A stretch of DNA of 51,313 nt. It comes from Clostridia bacterium. Its GTDB lineage: Bacteria; Bacillota; Clostridia; UMGS1883; UMGS1540. Below, piece after piece: positions 16,660-24,749 of the stretch. Location of the stretch: NCBI GenBank assembly GCA_045592225.1, contig JAZNUH010000007.1, positions 1-51,313 on the forward strand. The letters run 5' to 3'. Position numbers and translations under genes: made by a program. Within the stretch, counting starts at the first letter, position 1. Every line of letters starts with the position of its first letter. The notes beneath the pieces were generated by a model, which searched no databases, was not told the DNA's origin, and saw only the letters and a program-made list of their open reading frames with translations.

Positions 16660-18201
16660 ATGAAGAAAATTTGTATACTGATGGTTATATGCATTTCTGT
16701 AAGTATGCTTGCAGGGATGAACGTACTTGCATATAATACACATAATCTTACACGCAGAGAATGTATTTCAAGCCTGTTTTCTGACTTTGAAATTGATTAC
16801 GAAAATGCGGATATATCAGTGCTGGAAAATTTTTCGGATTACGACAGTGAAGACTGGGCAAAAGAGCAGGTTGCGGCTGCGGTAGAGTATGGTATAATCA
16901 ACGGATATGAGGACAACACACTTCGCCTTGACAATGAGGTAACAAGAGCAGAGTTTTGTTGTATGATATACAGGGCAAGAAATTACTTTGACGAAAGAGA
17001 AAAACTTACAGAATATAACGGAGCATACACTGACATTGCTGACTGGCACAGAGCAGAAACAATATATTGTGTAGAACGCGGATTTATGTTGGGTTATGGT
17101 GACAGGTTCGGCTCTGCAGACCCCATTACCAACAAGCAGGAGGATATTATTGCCGAAAGACTTAAGTATGGACTTAGTACAAGAGACAGATATATGCACC
17201 TGTTTATAAGCGGAGCGGATACAATTGATATGAATACAGTTCTTGCTTCTGCATATTATGACGAGATAAATGCCTATGTACCGGGTAACTTTGATGAAAA
17301 CTCGCCGGGAATGCAAAAAGAAAATTATATACATTCATATTACGATGCCAATCAGCACGGATTTGTGAGCGTGGACGACCCTTCTTATGTAAAAGGTCAA
17401 GCGGCGCAGATGTTTTATAAAAAGCTTGATTTAATCGGTAATATGGATGTAAATAAGCTTGCTGATGAAGAATATAAGCAGATGGTTACTGATAACTTCT
17501 ATTCGTCAGGCTTTCAGGGAACCCCTCTTGCATGGGATATTAATACAGAAGGGAACAAAACCAACATTGACAATATAATAGCCGATGCAAAGCAAAACGG
17601 AACGGTACGAGAAAGTATACATGTTTTTGCACCCGAGAATACTTACTGTACAGTATTTCCGACTGCATTCAGTCAGGATTATACCTGTGGATATGAGTAC
17701 TTCAGATACACGGCGGGACAAAATTTACCTGAAGGCATAGAGGTTAACAAATGGTACAGACGAAAGGCAACGGCAACGCACATTGAGCAGGTTGTAAGGG
17801 CTTATTACTATCCTCTTGAGCTTATATGTGTATACGGCGAGCCGGAGCAGGTATTCGTAAACGAAGATATACTCAAATTAACTGACAGCAAAGGTGAAAC
17901 AATCATCACAAACAACAGTATCGTTTCGGCTGAATATTTAAAGGATGAAAACAGACAAGAGTGGGTTGTTATGTTGACACTTACTGATCAAGGCAGGGAA
18001 AAGTTCAGCCGGGCAACAAAGGGGATTTCAGCTTATGCTGATGGTGAAAATTATATTGCTATTTATTTAAAAGATGTGCTTATTTCTGCTCCGCGTGTAA
18101 GTGATGAGATTGTAACAAGTACAGTACTTATAACAGGTGATTTTACCGAAGAATCTGCAAAAAGCTTTGTGGATGAACTGAATAAAGCGATAAAACAATA
18201 A
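16660..18201 (+). CDS. Secreted SLH-repeat protein with a SecD/SecF P1-head-like C-terminal domain
   Basis: Signal peptide MKKICILMVICISVSMLAGMNVLA and two SLH-like repeats (FSDYDSEDWAKEQVAAAVEYGIINGY.., YTDIADWHRAETIYCVERGFMLGY..). The C-terminus VMLTLTDQGREKFSRATK..YIAIYLKDVLISAPRVSDEI..ITGDFTEESAKSFVDELN matches the SecD P1-head pattern. Confidence 0.7.
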   Translation: MKKICILMVICISVSMLAGMNVLAYNTHNLTRRECISSLFSDFEIDYENADISVLENFSDYDSEDWAKEQVAAAVEYGIINGYEDNTLRLDNEVTRAEFCCMIYRARNYFDEREKLTEYNGAYTDIADWHRAETIYCVERGFMLGYGDRFGSADPITNKQEDIIAERLKYGLSTRDRYMHLFISGADTIDMNTVLASAYYDEINAYVPGNFDENSPGMQKENYIHSYYDANQHGFVSVDDPSYVKGQAAQMFYKKLDLIGNMDVNKLADEEYKQMVTDNFYSSGFQGTPLAWDINTEGNKTNIDNIIADAKQNGTVRESIHVFAPENTYCTVFPTAFSQDYTCGYEYFRYTAGQNLPEGIEVNKWYRRKATATHIEQVVRAYYYPLELICVYGEPEQVFVNEDILKLTDSKGETIITNNSIVSAEYLKDENRQEWVVMLTLTDQGREKFSRATKGISAYADGENYIAIYLKDVLISAPRVSDEIVTSTVLITGDFTEESAKSFVDELNKAIKQ

Positions 18202-18233
18202 ATATCCCCCCGTTATACGGGGGGATATTTATT
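18202..18233 (+). terminator. Strong bidirectional intrinsic terminator
   Basis: ATATCCCCCCG-TTATA-CGGGGGGATAT 11-bp stem, flanked by A-rich sequence on the left and T-rich sequence on the right. Confidence 0.8.
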
Positions 18234-18261
18234 GTTGGCTTTCGGCTACAAAATAGATGCA

Positions 18262-18443
18262 AGGGGTTTTAGTGAAATATCAACTTCGTTGATGTGAAAT
18301 AATTTACTTCGTAAATTGTGAAATATAAAGCTTCGTTTTCTGTGAAATGAAATAAATCCACATTCGCGTAGCGAATATTTCATACACCGAAAATGTATTT
18401 CACGTGCGAAGCACATTTCACAAATCCGCAAGGATTTATTTCG
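18262..18443. repeat. Symmetric GTGAAAT / short-hairpin repeat array (4 direct and 3 inverted copies around a central palindrome)
   Basis: GTGAAAT occurs at 18272, 18294, 18318 and 18342. ATTTCA(C/T) occurs at 18376, 18397 and 18415. Hairpins lie at 18279-18293, 18301-18317, 18327-18339, 18362-18376, 18382-18398, 18404-18414 and 18422-18437. See findings. Confidence 0.8.
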
Positions 18444-18445
18444 TT

Positions 18446-18485
18446 GAAAAAGCGACAGAAATCTGTTGATCGCTGTCGCTTTTTC
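18446..18485 (-). terminator. Intrinsic terminator downstream of tRNA-Arg (bidirectional geometry)
   Basis: AGCGACAG (18451-18458) pairs with CTGTCGCT (18473-18480), flanked by an A-run on the left and a T-run on the right. Confidence 0.65.
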
Positions 18486-18562
18486 TGGCGTCCCTGACAG
18501 GAATCGAACCTGTGGCGTTCCGCTTAGGAGGCGGACCCTCTATCCTACTGAGGTACAGAGAC
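18486..18562 (-). tRNA. tRNA-Arg (anticodon CCU)
   Basis: The reverse complement is GTCTCTGTACCTCAGTAGGATAGAGGGTCCGCCTCCTAAGCGGAACGCCACAGGTTCGATTCCTGTCAGGGACGCCA. It forms a full cloverleaf with anticodon loop CTCCTAA and encoded CCA. Confidence 0.9.
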
Positions 18563-18591
18563 AAGTGCGCCGCAAAATGCGGCGGGATTTA

Positions 18592-19221
18592 TTATTTTCC
18601 GTATCTTCCGAGAAGTTCTTCGTAAATATCTTCAAGGCACATTCCCTGATTTACCAGCATAACAATGATGTGGTAGAAAAGGTCGGCAACTTCATACTGA
18701 ACCTCGTCCTTGGAATTGTTTTTAGCTGCAATAATAACCTCGGCGTTTTCTTCGCCCACCTTTTTGAGTATTTTGTCAATACCCTTGTCAAAGAGGTAGT
18801 TTGTATAACTGCCTTCTTTGGGATTGTTTTTACGGTCTGTAACTGTTTCGAATACTGCATTTAAAATTGATGCGTTAGGCTTTAAAGGTGCTTCAACAAT
18901 TTTGCCGTCTTCAATCTTGCGATAGAAGCAGCTTCTGTTACCTGTATGACATGCAGGACCTTCGGGGAGAGCAATTACCTGCAGGCTGTCAGCGTCACAG
19001 TCAACGCGGATTTCACACAGGTTTAAAAAATTGCCCGATGTTTCGCCCTTTGTCCACAGAGCCTGTCTGCTGCGGCTCCAGAATGTAACCTTTCCTGTTT
19101 CGATAGTCTTTTCCAAAGACTCTTTATTCATGTATGCCTGCATTAAAACTTCACCGGTTCTTTTATCGGTAACTATTGCAGGAATAAGACCGTTTTGGTC
19201 AAATTTAAGTTCATTATACAT
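18592..19221 (-). CDS. hisI: Bifunctional phosphoribosyl-AMP cyclohydrolase / phosphoribosyl-ATP pyrophosphatase
   Basis: The N-terminal HisI part is ..[57 protein letters not shown]. The C-terminal HisE part is ..[37 protein letters not shown]. Confidence 0.9.
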   Translation of the reverse strand: MYNELKFDQNGLIPAIVTDKRTGEVLMQAYMNKESLEKTIETGKVTFWSRSRQALWTKGETSGNFLNLCEIRVDCDADSLQVIALPEGPACHTGNRSCFYRKIEDGKIVEAPLKPNASILNAVFETVTDRKNNPKEGSYTNYLFDKGIDKILKKVGEENAEVIIAAKNNSKDEVQYEVADLFYHIIVMLVNQGMCLEDIYEELLGRYGK

Positions 19222-19313
19222 TATGTATTTCTCCTTTCGGATTGTTTTTGCTATTTATGTAGTATACCACAAAAAGAGGGTAGATGCAATATAAAAATAA
19301 GAGTTTTTTGATA

Positions 19314-19343
19314 AAACAAAAATCCCATCAAAAGATAGGATTT
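19314..19343 (-). terminator. Terminator-like hairpin downstream of tRNA-Thr
   Basis: AATCCCATC / GATAGGATT stem (one mismatch) with a T-rich tail on the minus strand. Confidence 0.5.
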
Positions 19344-19348
19344 TTATA

Positions 19349-19424
19349 TGGAGCTGTCTAGCAGATTCGAACTGCCGACCTCTTCCTTACCAAGGAAGTG
19401 CTCTGCCTGCTGAGCTAAGACAGC
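19349..19424 (-). tRNA. tRNA-Thr (anticodon GGU)
   Basis: The reverse complement is GCTGTCTTAGCTCAGCAGGCAGAGCACTTCCTTGGTAAGGAAGAGGTCGGCAGTTCGAATCTGCTAGACAGCTCCA. It folds as a cloverleaf with anticodon loop TTGGTAA and encoded CCA. Confidence 0.9.
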
Positions 19425-19448
19425 AAAGTGCCTGCGCGACACCTAAAT

Positions 19449-19477
19449 ATTATACTTGTAACCATTGGTTTTGTCAA
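19449..19477 (-). promoter_or_regulatory. Consensus sigma-A promoter for tRNA-Thr
   Basis: On the minus strand: TTGACA (19477-19472), 17-nt spacer, TATAAT (19454-19449). Confidence 0.65.
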
Positions 19478-19485
19478 TACCTTTT

Positions 19486-20376
19486 TTAAATAAATGGGTT
19501 TTTTATTTCAAAGCTTTTGCCTTTGAGATAATTAAGATGGCCGGCATCTCCTTTGAAGTCAAATGTTGTTTTATAAGAGCATAAAAGCTGACCGCTGCCA
19601 CTGTCGCCATATTTTGAATCACCAATTATGGGGCAGCCTATCGAACTTAAATGAACACGAATCTGGTGTGAACGTCCGGTGATAATTTCAACCTCTATTA
19701 TACAGCCATCTTTATCTGCCGAAAGAACACGGTAATGAGTTTCTGCGTATTTACCACCCTCGTCAACAACACGGCTTATATTGTCAGCATCTTTTTGCAT
19801 TTGACCCTTTATAATCCCGCATTTGTCCGGTGGAGCATTTTTGGTTTTGCATACATAAAACTTGCGTATTTCGTGATTGCGCAGTTTTTCGTTCACAAGG
19901 CGGAGTGTAGGCATATTTTTAGCCGCAATCACAAGGCCGGAGGTGTTAAAATCTATTCTGTTGCAAAGAGCAGGGGAGAAGGTGTTCTCTGCTTCGGGAA
20001 CATACTCTTTTTTTTCATACAGATAGCTTTTGACAAAATCTGCCAGAGTACCGTTTTTTCGTATATTGTCAGGCTGACAGGCTACCCCTGCAGACTTGTT
20101 GATTATAATAAGGTTATCGTCCTCGTAAACAATATCGAGAGAGTATTTGCATGGCGTAAATGATTTTGTTTCGAATAAACTGTCATCGCCAAAAATCCGC
20201 ACCTCATCACCTGTACAAAGCCGGGTATTTTCCTTTGGCTTTTTGCGGTTTATTTTGACTTTATTAGTGCGAATGTATTTATATATAAGACTTGTTGAGG
20301 CGGAGGGCATAAGTTTTCTTAAAAAAGCATCTATGCGCTTGCCGTCATCATTAGGGGTAATTGTAAACTCTTTCAT
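19486..20376 (-). CDS. RluA-family 23S rRNA/tRNA pseudouridine synthase with N-terminal S4-like domain
   Basis: Catalytic-region motifs NRIDFNTSG and GRSHQIRVHL. The start was re-set to the ATG at 20376 (MKEFTITPNDDGKRIDAFL..), which has an AGGA RBS. Confidence 0.8.
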   Translation of the reverse strand: MKEFTITPNDDGKRIDAFLRKLMPSASTSLIYKYIRTNKVKINRKKPKENTRLCTGDEVRIFGDDSLFETKSFTPCKYSLDIVYEDDNLIIINKSAGVACQPDNIRKNGTLADFVKSYLYEKKEYVPEAENTFSPALCNRIDFNTSGLVIAAKNMPTLRLVNEKLRNHEIRKFYVCKTKNAPPDKCGIIKGQMQKDADNISRVVDEGGKYAETHYRVLSADKDGCIIEVEIITGRSHQIRVHLSSIGCPIIGDSKYGDSGSGQLLCSYKTTFDFKGDAGHLNYLKGKSFEIKNPFI

Positions 20377-20429
20377 AATTATATCCTGTAATTTATTTAA
20401 TGCCGCAGTTAAAATCTGCGGCATTATTT

Positions 20430-21746
20430 TTAAAGCGCTGCAAAGGCTTTTTCTATATCCTCAAGGTTTTGCTTTTTCATATAGAATAAGCATTTGCCGT
20501 TTTCTGAAACTGCATAATTTAAGTTGTCATACTCGTGTATTCCTACAGTAAGGTTTCTGCCGTCACTATAGTGGAATACAATTTTGGCAACAGATTTTGA
20601 AGTATCAGCATCAGAGGTTGTTCCGTCAACGTACATTGCAACAATTGTCTGGTATGTTTCGCGGAATTTTTGTGTTTCTATGGACTTGCCGTTAATTGTA
20701 TAACTTTCATCGTCGCCGTTTCTCTGCACCTTCATAGAGTATTTTCCGGAGGGGAGAGTTACATCGGCACCGTCAATATCATCAAGATAAACAAGGTAAG
20801 CGTATCTTTCAAGTATGTCAAAAGCGGTTACATCTGCAAAAGCAAAAGTGCCTGTGTTTACTGTATACACGGTAGGAAGACCTGAAATACGCGCATAGGT
20901 ATTTGCTTCGCCGACACCACCGCTGTATGTGTATTTACTGTCACCCGACCAGACTGTTACTGTAATACCAAGATTGTACTTTGAATAATCTGTCGGAGTG
21001 TCTTCAGCTATGCCCGAAGCAATAATGCTTGCCGCCGGAAGGAGAAGCTTGTTTGTTACGCTTTCAGCATCGGCGGTTTTGTTCATATATGAGGGAATTA
21101 CCCAGGTATATGCCTCGTTTTCCTCGTCAATAATTTTTTCAACAACAAGCTTATTTGAGCCGTTTGTAATTTCAAGCTTGGTGATTGTCTCGGTAGATGT
21201 GGATATAATGGTCATATTGCGGAAGGCATCAACACCCGAGGTAAGCAGCTTGCCCATTGATGTGGAAAGAACATAAATTTCGTCCGAATCAGCCATTTTG
21301 AAAAAATATCCGTTATTACCCGAAAGCTTGTCACCTATATAAAACACATCTGAACCAGACTCTGTTTTAATTGTAACTGTTGCCCCCGGAGCATCAAGCC
21401 CGTATACAGACAATGCTTCGGCGTTTTCAAGTGCAGGAACGGTTGACACAATGTTCTTGCAAAATGAAAAGACAGATGAAATTGTTGTCTGGTCAAGTAC
21501 GGTATAATTATTTTCGTCCAGAAAGTAACCTGTATCTCCTGCAATAAAGGTAATGGTACCAAAAGAATTTTTAACCTGTACCCATTGAATATCTTCCTCA
21601 ACAGTGTGTACTGCATGGTTGGATGAAACTTCAGGTAAATCGTTGTTGTCAACAGATGGGGAATACATAGTAATCCAGATATATACTGCCAAAAGAAATG
21701 CAAATGCACCAACAACCCAAAGCAGAACTTTTTTGTTTTTCTTCAT
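20430..21746 (-). CDS. DUF4340-like membrane-anchored protein (partner of GldG-type ABC auxiliary proteins)
   Basis: N-terminal TM anchor MKKNKKVLLWVVGAFAFLLAVYIW followed by a beta-rich extracellular region. The start forms a TAATG overlap with the upstream GldG-like gene. Confidence 0.6.
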   Translation of the reverse strand: MKKNKKVLLWVVGAFAFLLAVYIWITMYSPSVDNNDLPEVSSNHAVHTVEEDIQWVQVKNSFGTITFIAGDTGYFLDENNYTVLDQTTISSVFSFCKNIVSTVPALENAEALSVYGLDAPGATVTIKTESGSDVFYIGDKLSGNNGYFFKMADSDEIYVLSTSMGKLLTSGVDAFRNMTIISTSTETITKLEITNGSNKLVVEKIIDEENEAYTWVIPSYMNKTADAESVTNKLLLPAASIIASGIAEDTPTDYSKYNLGITVTVWSGDSKYTYSGGVGEANTYARISGLPTVYTVNTGTFAFADVTAFDILERYAYLVYLDDIDGADVTLPSGKYSMKVQRNGDDESYTINGKSIETQKFRETYQTIVAMYVDGTTSDADTSKSVAKIVFHYSDGRNLTVGIHEYDNLNYAVSENGKCLFYMKKQNLEDIEKAFAAL

Positions 21747-23116
21747 TATAAATGCCTCCTGCGAATCCATACAATAAGACCTGTCAGTAATATGATAAGC
21801 GACGGCAGTACAGAGAAGAGAACAATGTATACTGTTACAAGTGTGTCACTTATTGCAAGGGATGTAACCATAAGGCTTTTGGGTGCAATGGTTAATGCAC
21901 CGCCCTCATCGCGGTTTAAGTATTTAACTACGGAGTAAAGAAAATCTCTGTTGCCGAGAGCAGGTTGATTTAACATTTCTGCGGAGAATACCGTGTGTGA
22001 GCCTGAAGCAAACATTCTTGAACGTGTACCGTCGGAATTGGTTTTTTCAAGCGCAGCAGAGAGGGGAACATTACCCTCTGCAAGAACTTCTCCGCTCGGA
22101 AGCATAGACAAGCCGGTCTCTGTTGTTTTGGAAAGTATGCCGGAAACAACGCCGTAACTGTATTCTGTGCTTATGCTCTGCGAGTTGGACCACAAAACTG
22201 CCGATGAAACAGCAGATGTAATATCGTGTTCCTCCGCCATTGCATAGAATACAAAGGGTGTGCCCACTGTGTTTGAGGGCGATTGTTCGGCGATAATATC
22301 ATTGTTAAAATAAACACCCCAGTACTGTGTCAGGTACTGCTCGAGTAAAGGCAAGTCAGTTGCCTTGAAGTCAGCACATACTGCAACACTGCCACCGCGT
22401 GAAACAAAGTCAAAAAGCTTTGTTACCTCGTCAGCAGAAAAATCATTTGCAGGACCCATAATAAACAGGGTAAGGCAATCTGTAGCTATATCCTGTGTCC
22501 TGAGATTTATTTTTTCAGCAGTTATATTTTCGTTTGTAAGTATTGCGGAAAGAGTGTCGTAGGACTGCTCACCATGTCCTGTGGTAAACGCTACTTTCAA
22601 ATTCTTGTCACCCGAAACATAGCTTATAGCTGTGGTGAGATGCTGTTCAACTGTGAGCGAGGATGCATAGGTTGAACCTGTACTCTGGTCTTCCTTTACC
22701 TCGTACATTTTATCAGAAGAAATAAGGCGCATTCTGTTGCCGCATTCAACAATAATATCATTTTGAGAAGGCTCAAAACCCTTTGCCTGAATTTTCTTTA
22801 AGAACATGGGGTCATTTACAGGGTCGTGCACCTCGGTGTTTATATGTCCACTGTGCATTTTGTACATGTCAAGCACCTGTAAAATGCCATCTGCAGGCTG
22901 AGAAACAATATAGTAGATGTTTACATCCTGCTGAAGCTCCGAAAGTACAGCAAGTGTTTCTTCTGAAAGCGAGTAAAGCTTGTTGCTTGAAAAGTCAAAT
23001 TTTACAGGAAATTTAGCCAACACTGATGATGCAACCACGTTGAAGAAAACTACCAGGGCAATTATAATTACAACAAAAAGTGTTGAACTTAAATTATATT
23101 TCAGTTTTTTCTTCAT
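21746..23116 (-). CDS. GldG-family ABC-transporter auxiliary protein
   Basis: N- and C-terminal TM anchors flank a large extracytoplasmic domain. It sits after the ABC-2 permease and ATPase, the usual GldA/F/G-like arrangement. GGGAGGG RBS. Confidence 0.65.
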   Translation of the reverse strand: MKKKLKYNLSSTLFVVIIIALVVFFNVVASSVLAKFPVKFDFSSNKLYSLSEETLAVLSELQQDVNIYYIVSQPADGILQVLDMYKMHSGHINTEVHDPVNDPMFLKKIQAKGFEPSQNDIIVECGNRMRLISSDKMYEVKEDQSTGSTYASSLTVEQHLTTAISYVSGDKNLKVAFTTGHGEQSYDTLSAILTNENITAEKINLRTQDIATDCLTLFIMGPANDFSADEVTKLFDFVSRGGSVAVCADFKATDLPLLEQYLTQYWGVYFNNDIIAEQSPSNTVGTPFVFYAMAEEHDITSAVSSAVLWSNSQSISTEYSYGVVSGILSKTTETGLSMLPSGEVLAEGNVPLSAALEKTNSDGTRSRMFASGSHTVFSAEMLNQPALGNRDFLYSVVKYLNRDEGGALTIAPKSLMVTSLAISDTLVTVYIVLFSVLPSLIILLTGLIVWIRRRHL

Positions 23117-23129
23117 AATTATGCCCTCC

Positions 23130-23834
23130 CTAATTCCAACGTCTGCGTTCTACCGAACTTACGGTAAGGAACAGGAAGACGAAAACAAAGCTTAAGTAGT
23201 ATATAACAGGTGAGAGATTAAGTACGCCAAGCTCAAAGTCGGTATATCTTGATGTTATGCTGAACCATTCTACAATCTTTACAAGCCAGGGCATGTTGGT
23301 GAGTGTTGTAAGCCAGTCCATAAGATAGAGAACAAGGAGAATAACAAATGTTGTAACAGCAGAAACTGCCTGGTTTTCGGTAAGGGATGAAATGAAAATA
23401 CCCACCGAAATAAAACACATGCCCAAAAGTGCAAACCCAACATAACTGCACAGGATAGACGCATAAGCAGGCTTTCCGTGAATGCCGATAACAATTAGGT
23501 AAATAAGTGTAAGTGCGAGTGTGATAAGGTACACACAAACAGCGGCAAAATATTTGCCTAATACAATTTCCCATACAGAAACCGGAGAGGTTAAAAGAAT
23601 CTGGTCGGTTTTCATATTGCGTTCTTCGCTTAAAAGACGCATTGTAAGAATGGGAATGAGAAACATGAATATAGGAATGAGATTTGTAAGTATAGCATCA
23701 AGACGGGGTGAACGGTTTAAAAGGTTTACATAAGCAAACATAAAGCCGGATGCTACAAGGAACATTCCTATAAAAATATATCCAATGGGGGTGGTAAAAT
23801 ACGCCCTCATTTCACGGGAAAAAATGGCTTTCAC
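23130..23834 (-). CDS. ABC-2 type transporter permease
   Basis: 234 aa with about six hydrophobic helices. The GTG start overlaps the ATPase stop by 4 nt. Confidence 0.75.
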   Translation of the reverse strand: MKAIFSREMRAYFTTPIGYIFIGMFLVASGFMFAYVNLLNRSPRLDAILTNLIPIFMFLIPILTMRLLSEERNMKTDQILLTSPVSVWEIVLGKYFAAVCVYLITLALTLIYLIVIGIHGKPAYASILCSYVGFALLGMCFISVGIFISSLTENQAVSAVTTFVILLVLYLMDWLTTLTNMPWLVKIVEWFSITSRYTDFELGVLNLSPVIYYLSFVFVFLFLTVSSVERRRWN

Positions 23835-24748
23835 TTTGTATCCTCCTTTGAAACAAGATTAATAAAGATGTCTTCAAGAGATACGGAGGCATCCTTTAGC
23901 ATAAGTATGGGCTTATTTGCAGCAGAAAGTGCGGCAAATAAAGCGTTACGTACATCGACAGAACTGTCAATTCTGTAAACACCGTCATTTTGTGTTACAG
24001 ATTTAACTCCGTCAATGGCCTTTATTATGGGGAGGATTTCCTCGGGTGTGCCTTCTGCTGAAAGAAGAAGAGCATTGGTGCCCAGCATATTCTTTTCAAG
24101 GTCAGCGGCACTGCCTTCGGCAATTATCTTGCCCTCGTTTATTATAATTACGCGTTCGCACACAGCACTGATTTCAGGCAGAATGTGTGAACTTAAGATA
24201 ACTGTACGTTCTTTTCCCAGGTCAGAGATAAGTGAACGCATTTCAACCATCTGGACAGGGTCAAGACCAACTGTAGGCTCGTCAAGTATCAAAATTTCGG
24301 GGTCGCCGATAAGCGCCTGTGCAAGACCTACTCTCTGGCGGTAACCCTTTGAAAGATTACGGATAAGTCTGCCCTTGACGTGTGAAATGCGGGCAAGCTC
24401 TAAAACAGCATTTAAGTGCTTGCGGCGCGGCAGAGTAACCTTCTTTAAATCGTATACAAAAAGAAGATATTCTTCAACTGTCATATTTACATAAAGCGGA
24501 GGCTGTTCTGGCAGATAACCAATACATTTCTTAGCTTCAAGGGGTTCTTCCAGAATATCGTGACCGTTTATAAGAATTTGACCCGATGTTGAGGAAGTGT
24601 AACCGGTAAGCATATTCATTGTGGTGGTTTTTCCGGCACCGTTAGGTCCCAAAAATCCAACAACCTCGCCTTTTCTCAGGGTAAAGCTTATATCGTTAAC
24701 AGCTTTTTTATCCCCGAAATGCTTTGATAAGTGCGAAACCTTAATCAT
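23831..24748 (-). CDS. ABC transporter ATP-binding protein
   Basis: Walker A GPNGAGKTT, signature LSKGYRQR, Walker B ILILDEP. The start was re-set to the ATG at 24748 (MIKVSHLSKHFG), 1 nt from the aspS stop. Confidence 0.9.
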   Translation of the reverse strand: MIKVSHLSKHFGDKKAVNDISFTLRKGEVVGFLGPNGAGKTTTMNMLTGYTSSTSGQILINGHDILEEPLEAKKCIGYLPEQPPLYVNMTVEEYLLFVYDLKKVTLPRRKHLNAVLELARISHVKGRLIRNLSKGYRQRVGLAQALIGDPEILILDEPTVGLDPVQMVEMRSLISDLGKERTVILSSHILPEISAVCERVIIINEGKIIAEGSAADLEKNMLGTNALLLSAEGTPEEILPIIKAIDGVKSVTQNDGVYRIDSSVDVRNALFAALSAANKPILMLKDASVSLEDIFINLVSKEDTK

Positions 24749-24749
24749 A

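Noticed and set aside
18354-18362. DnaA-box-like AAATCCACA (a similar TTAATCCACA occurs at 7031-7040)
   Set aside because: These are single degenerate matches to TTATCCACA. There is no cluster, AT-rich unwinding element or dnaA/dnaN context, and the copy near 7035 is simply a terminator stem.
18396-18411. parS-like site (TATTTCACGTGCGAAG versus the Firmicute consensus TGTTTCACGTGAAACA)
   Set aside because: Only about 11 of 16 positions match and the right half-site is lost. The resemblance comes from the ATTTCAC repeat motif, and no parAB genes are nearby.
18246-18431. 61-aa minus-strand ORF (MRICEMCFAREIHFRCMKYSLRECGFISFH..)
   Set aside because: It lies entirely within the GTGAAAT/hairpin array, and its periodic FH/Cys-rich sequence is just the repeat translated. 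It has no RBS and sits between two terminators.
18262-18443. Possible CRISPR array
   Set aside because: The conserved unit is only 7 nt and the 15-17-nt intervening segments are themselves palindromes. Copies occur in both orientations, and no cas genes or leader are present.
18466-18864. 132-aa plus-strand ORF
   Set aside because: It reads antisense through tRNA-Arg (the ..DRNRTCG.. signature of a translated tRNA T-arm) and through the 3' end of hisIE, which has a far better coding signal.
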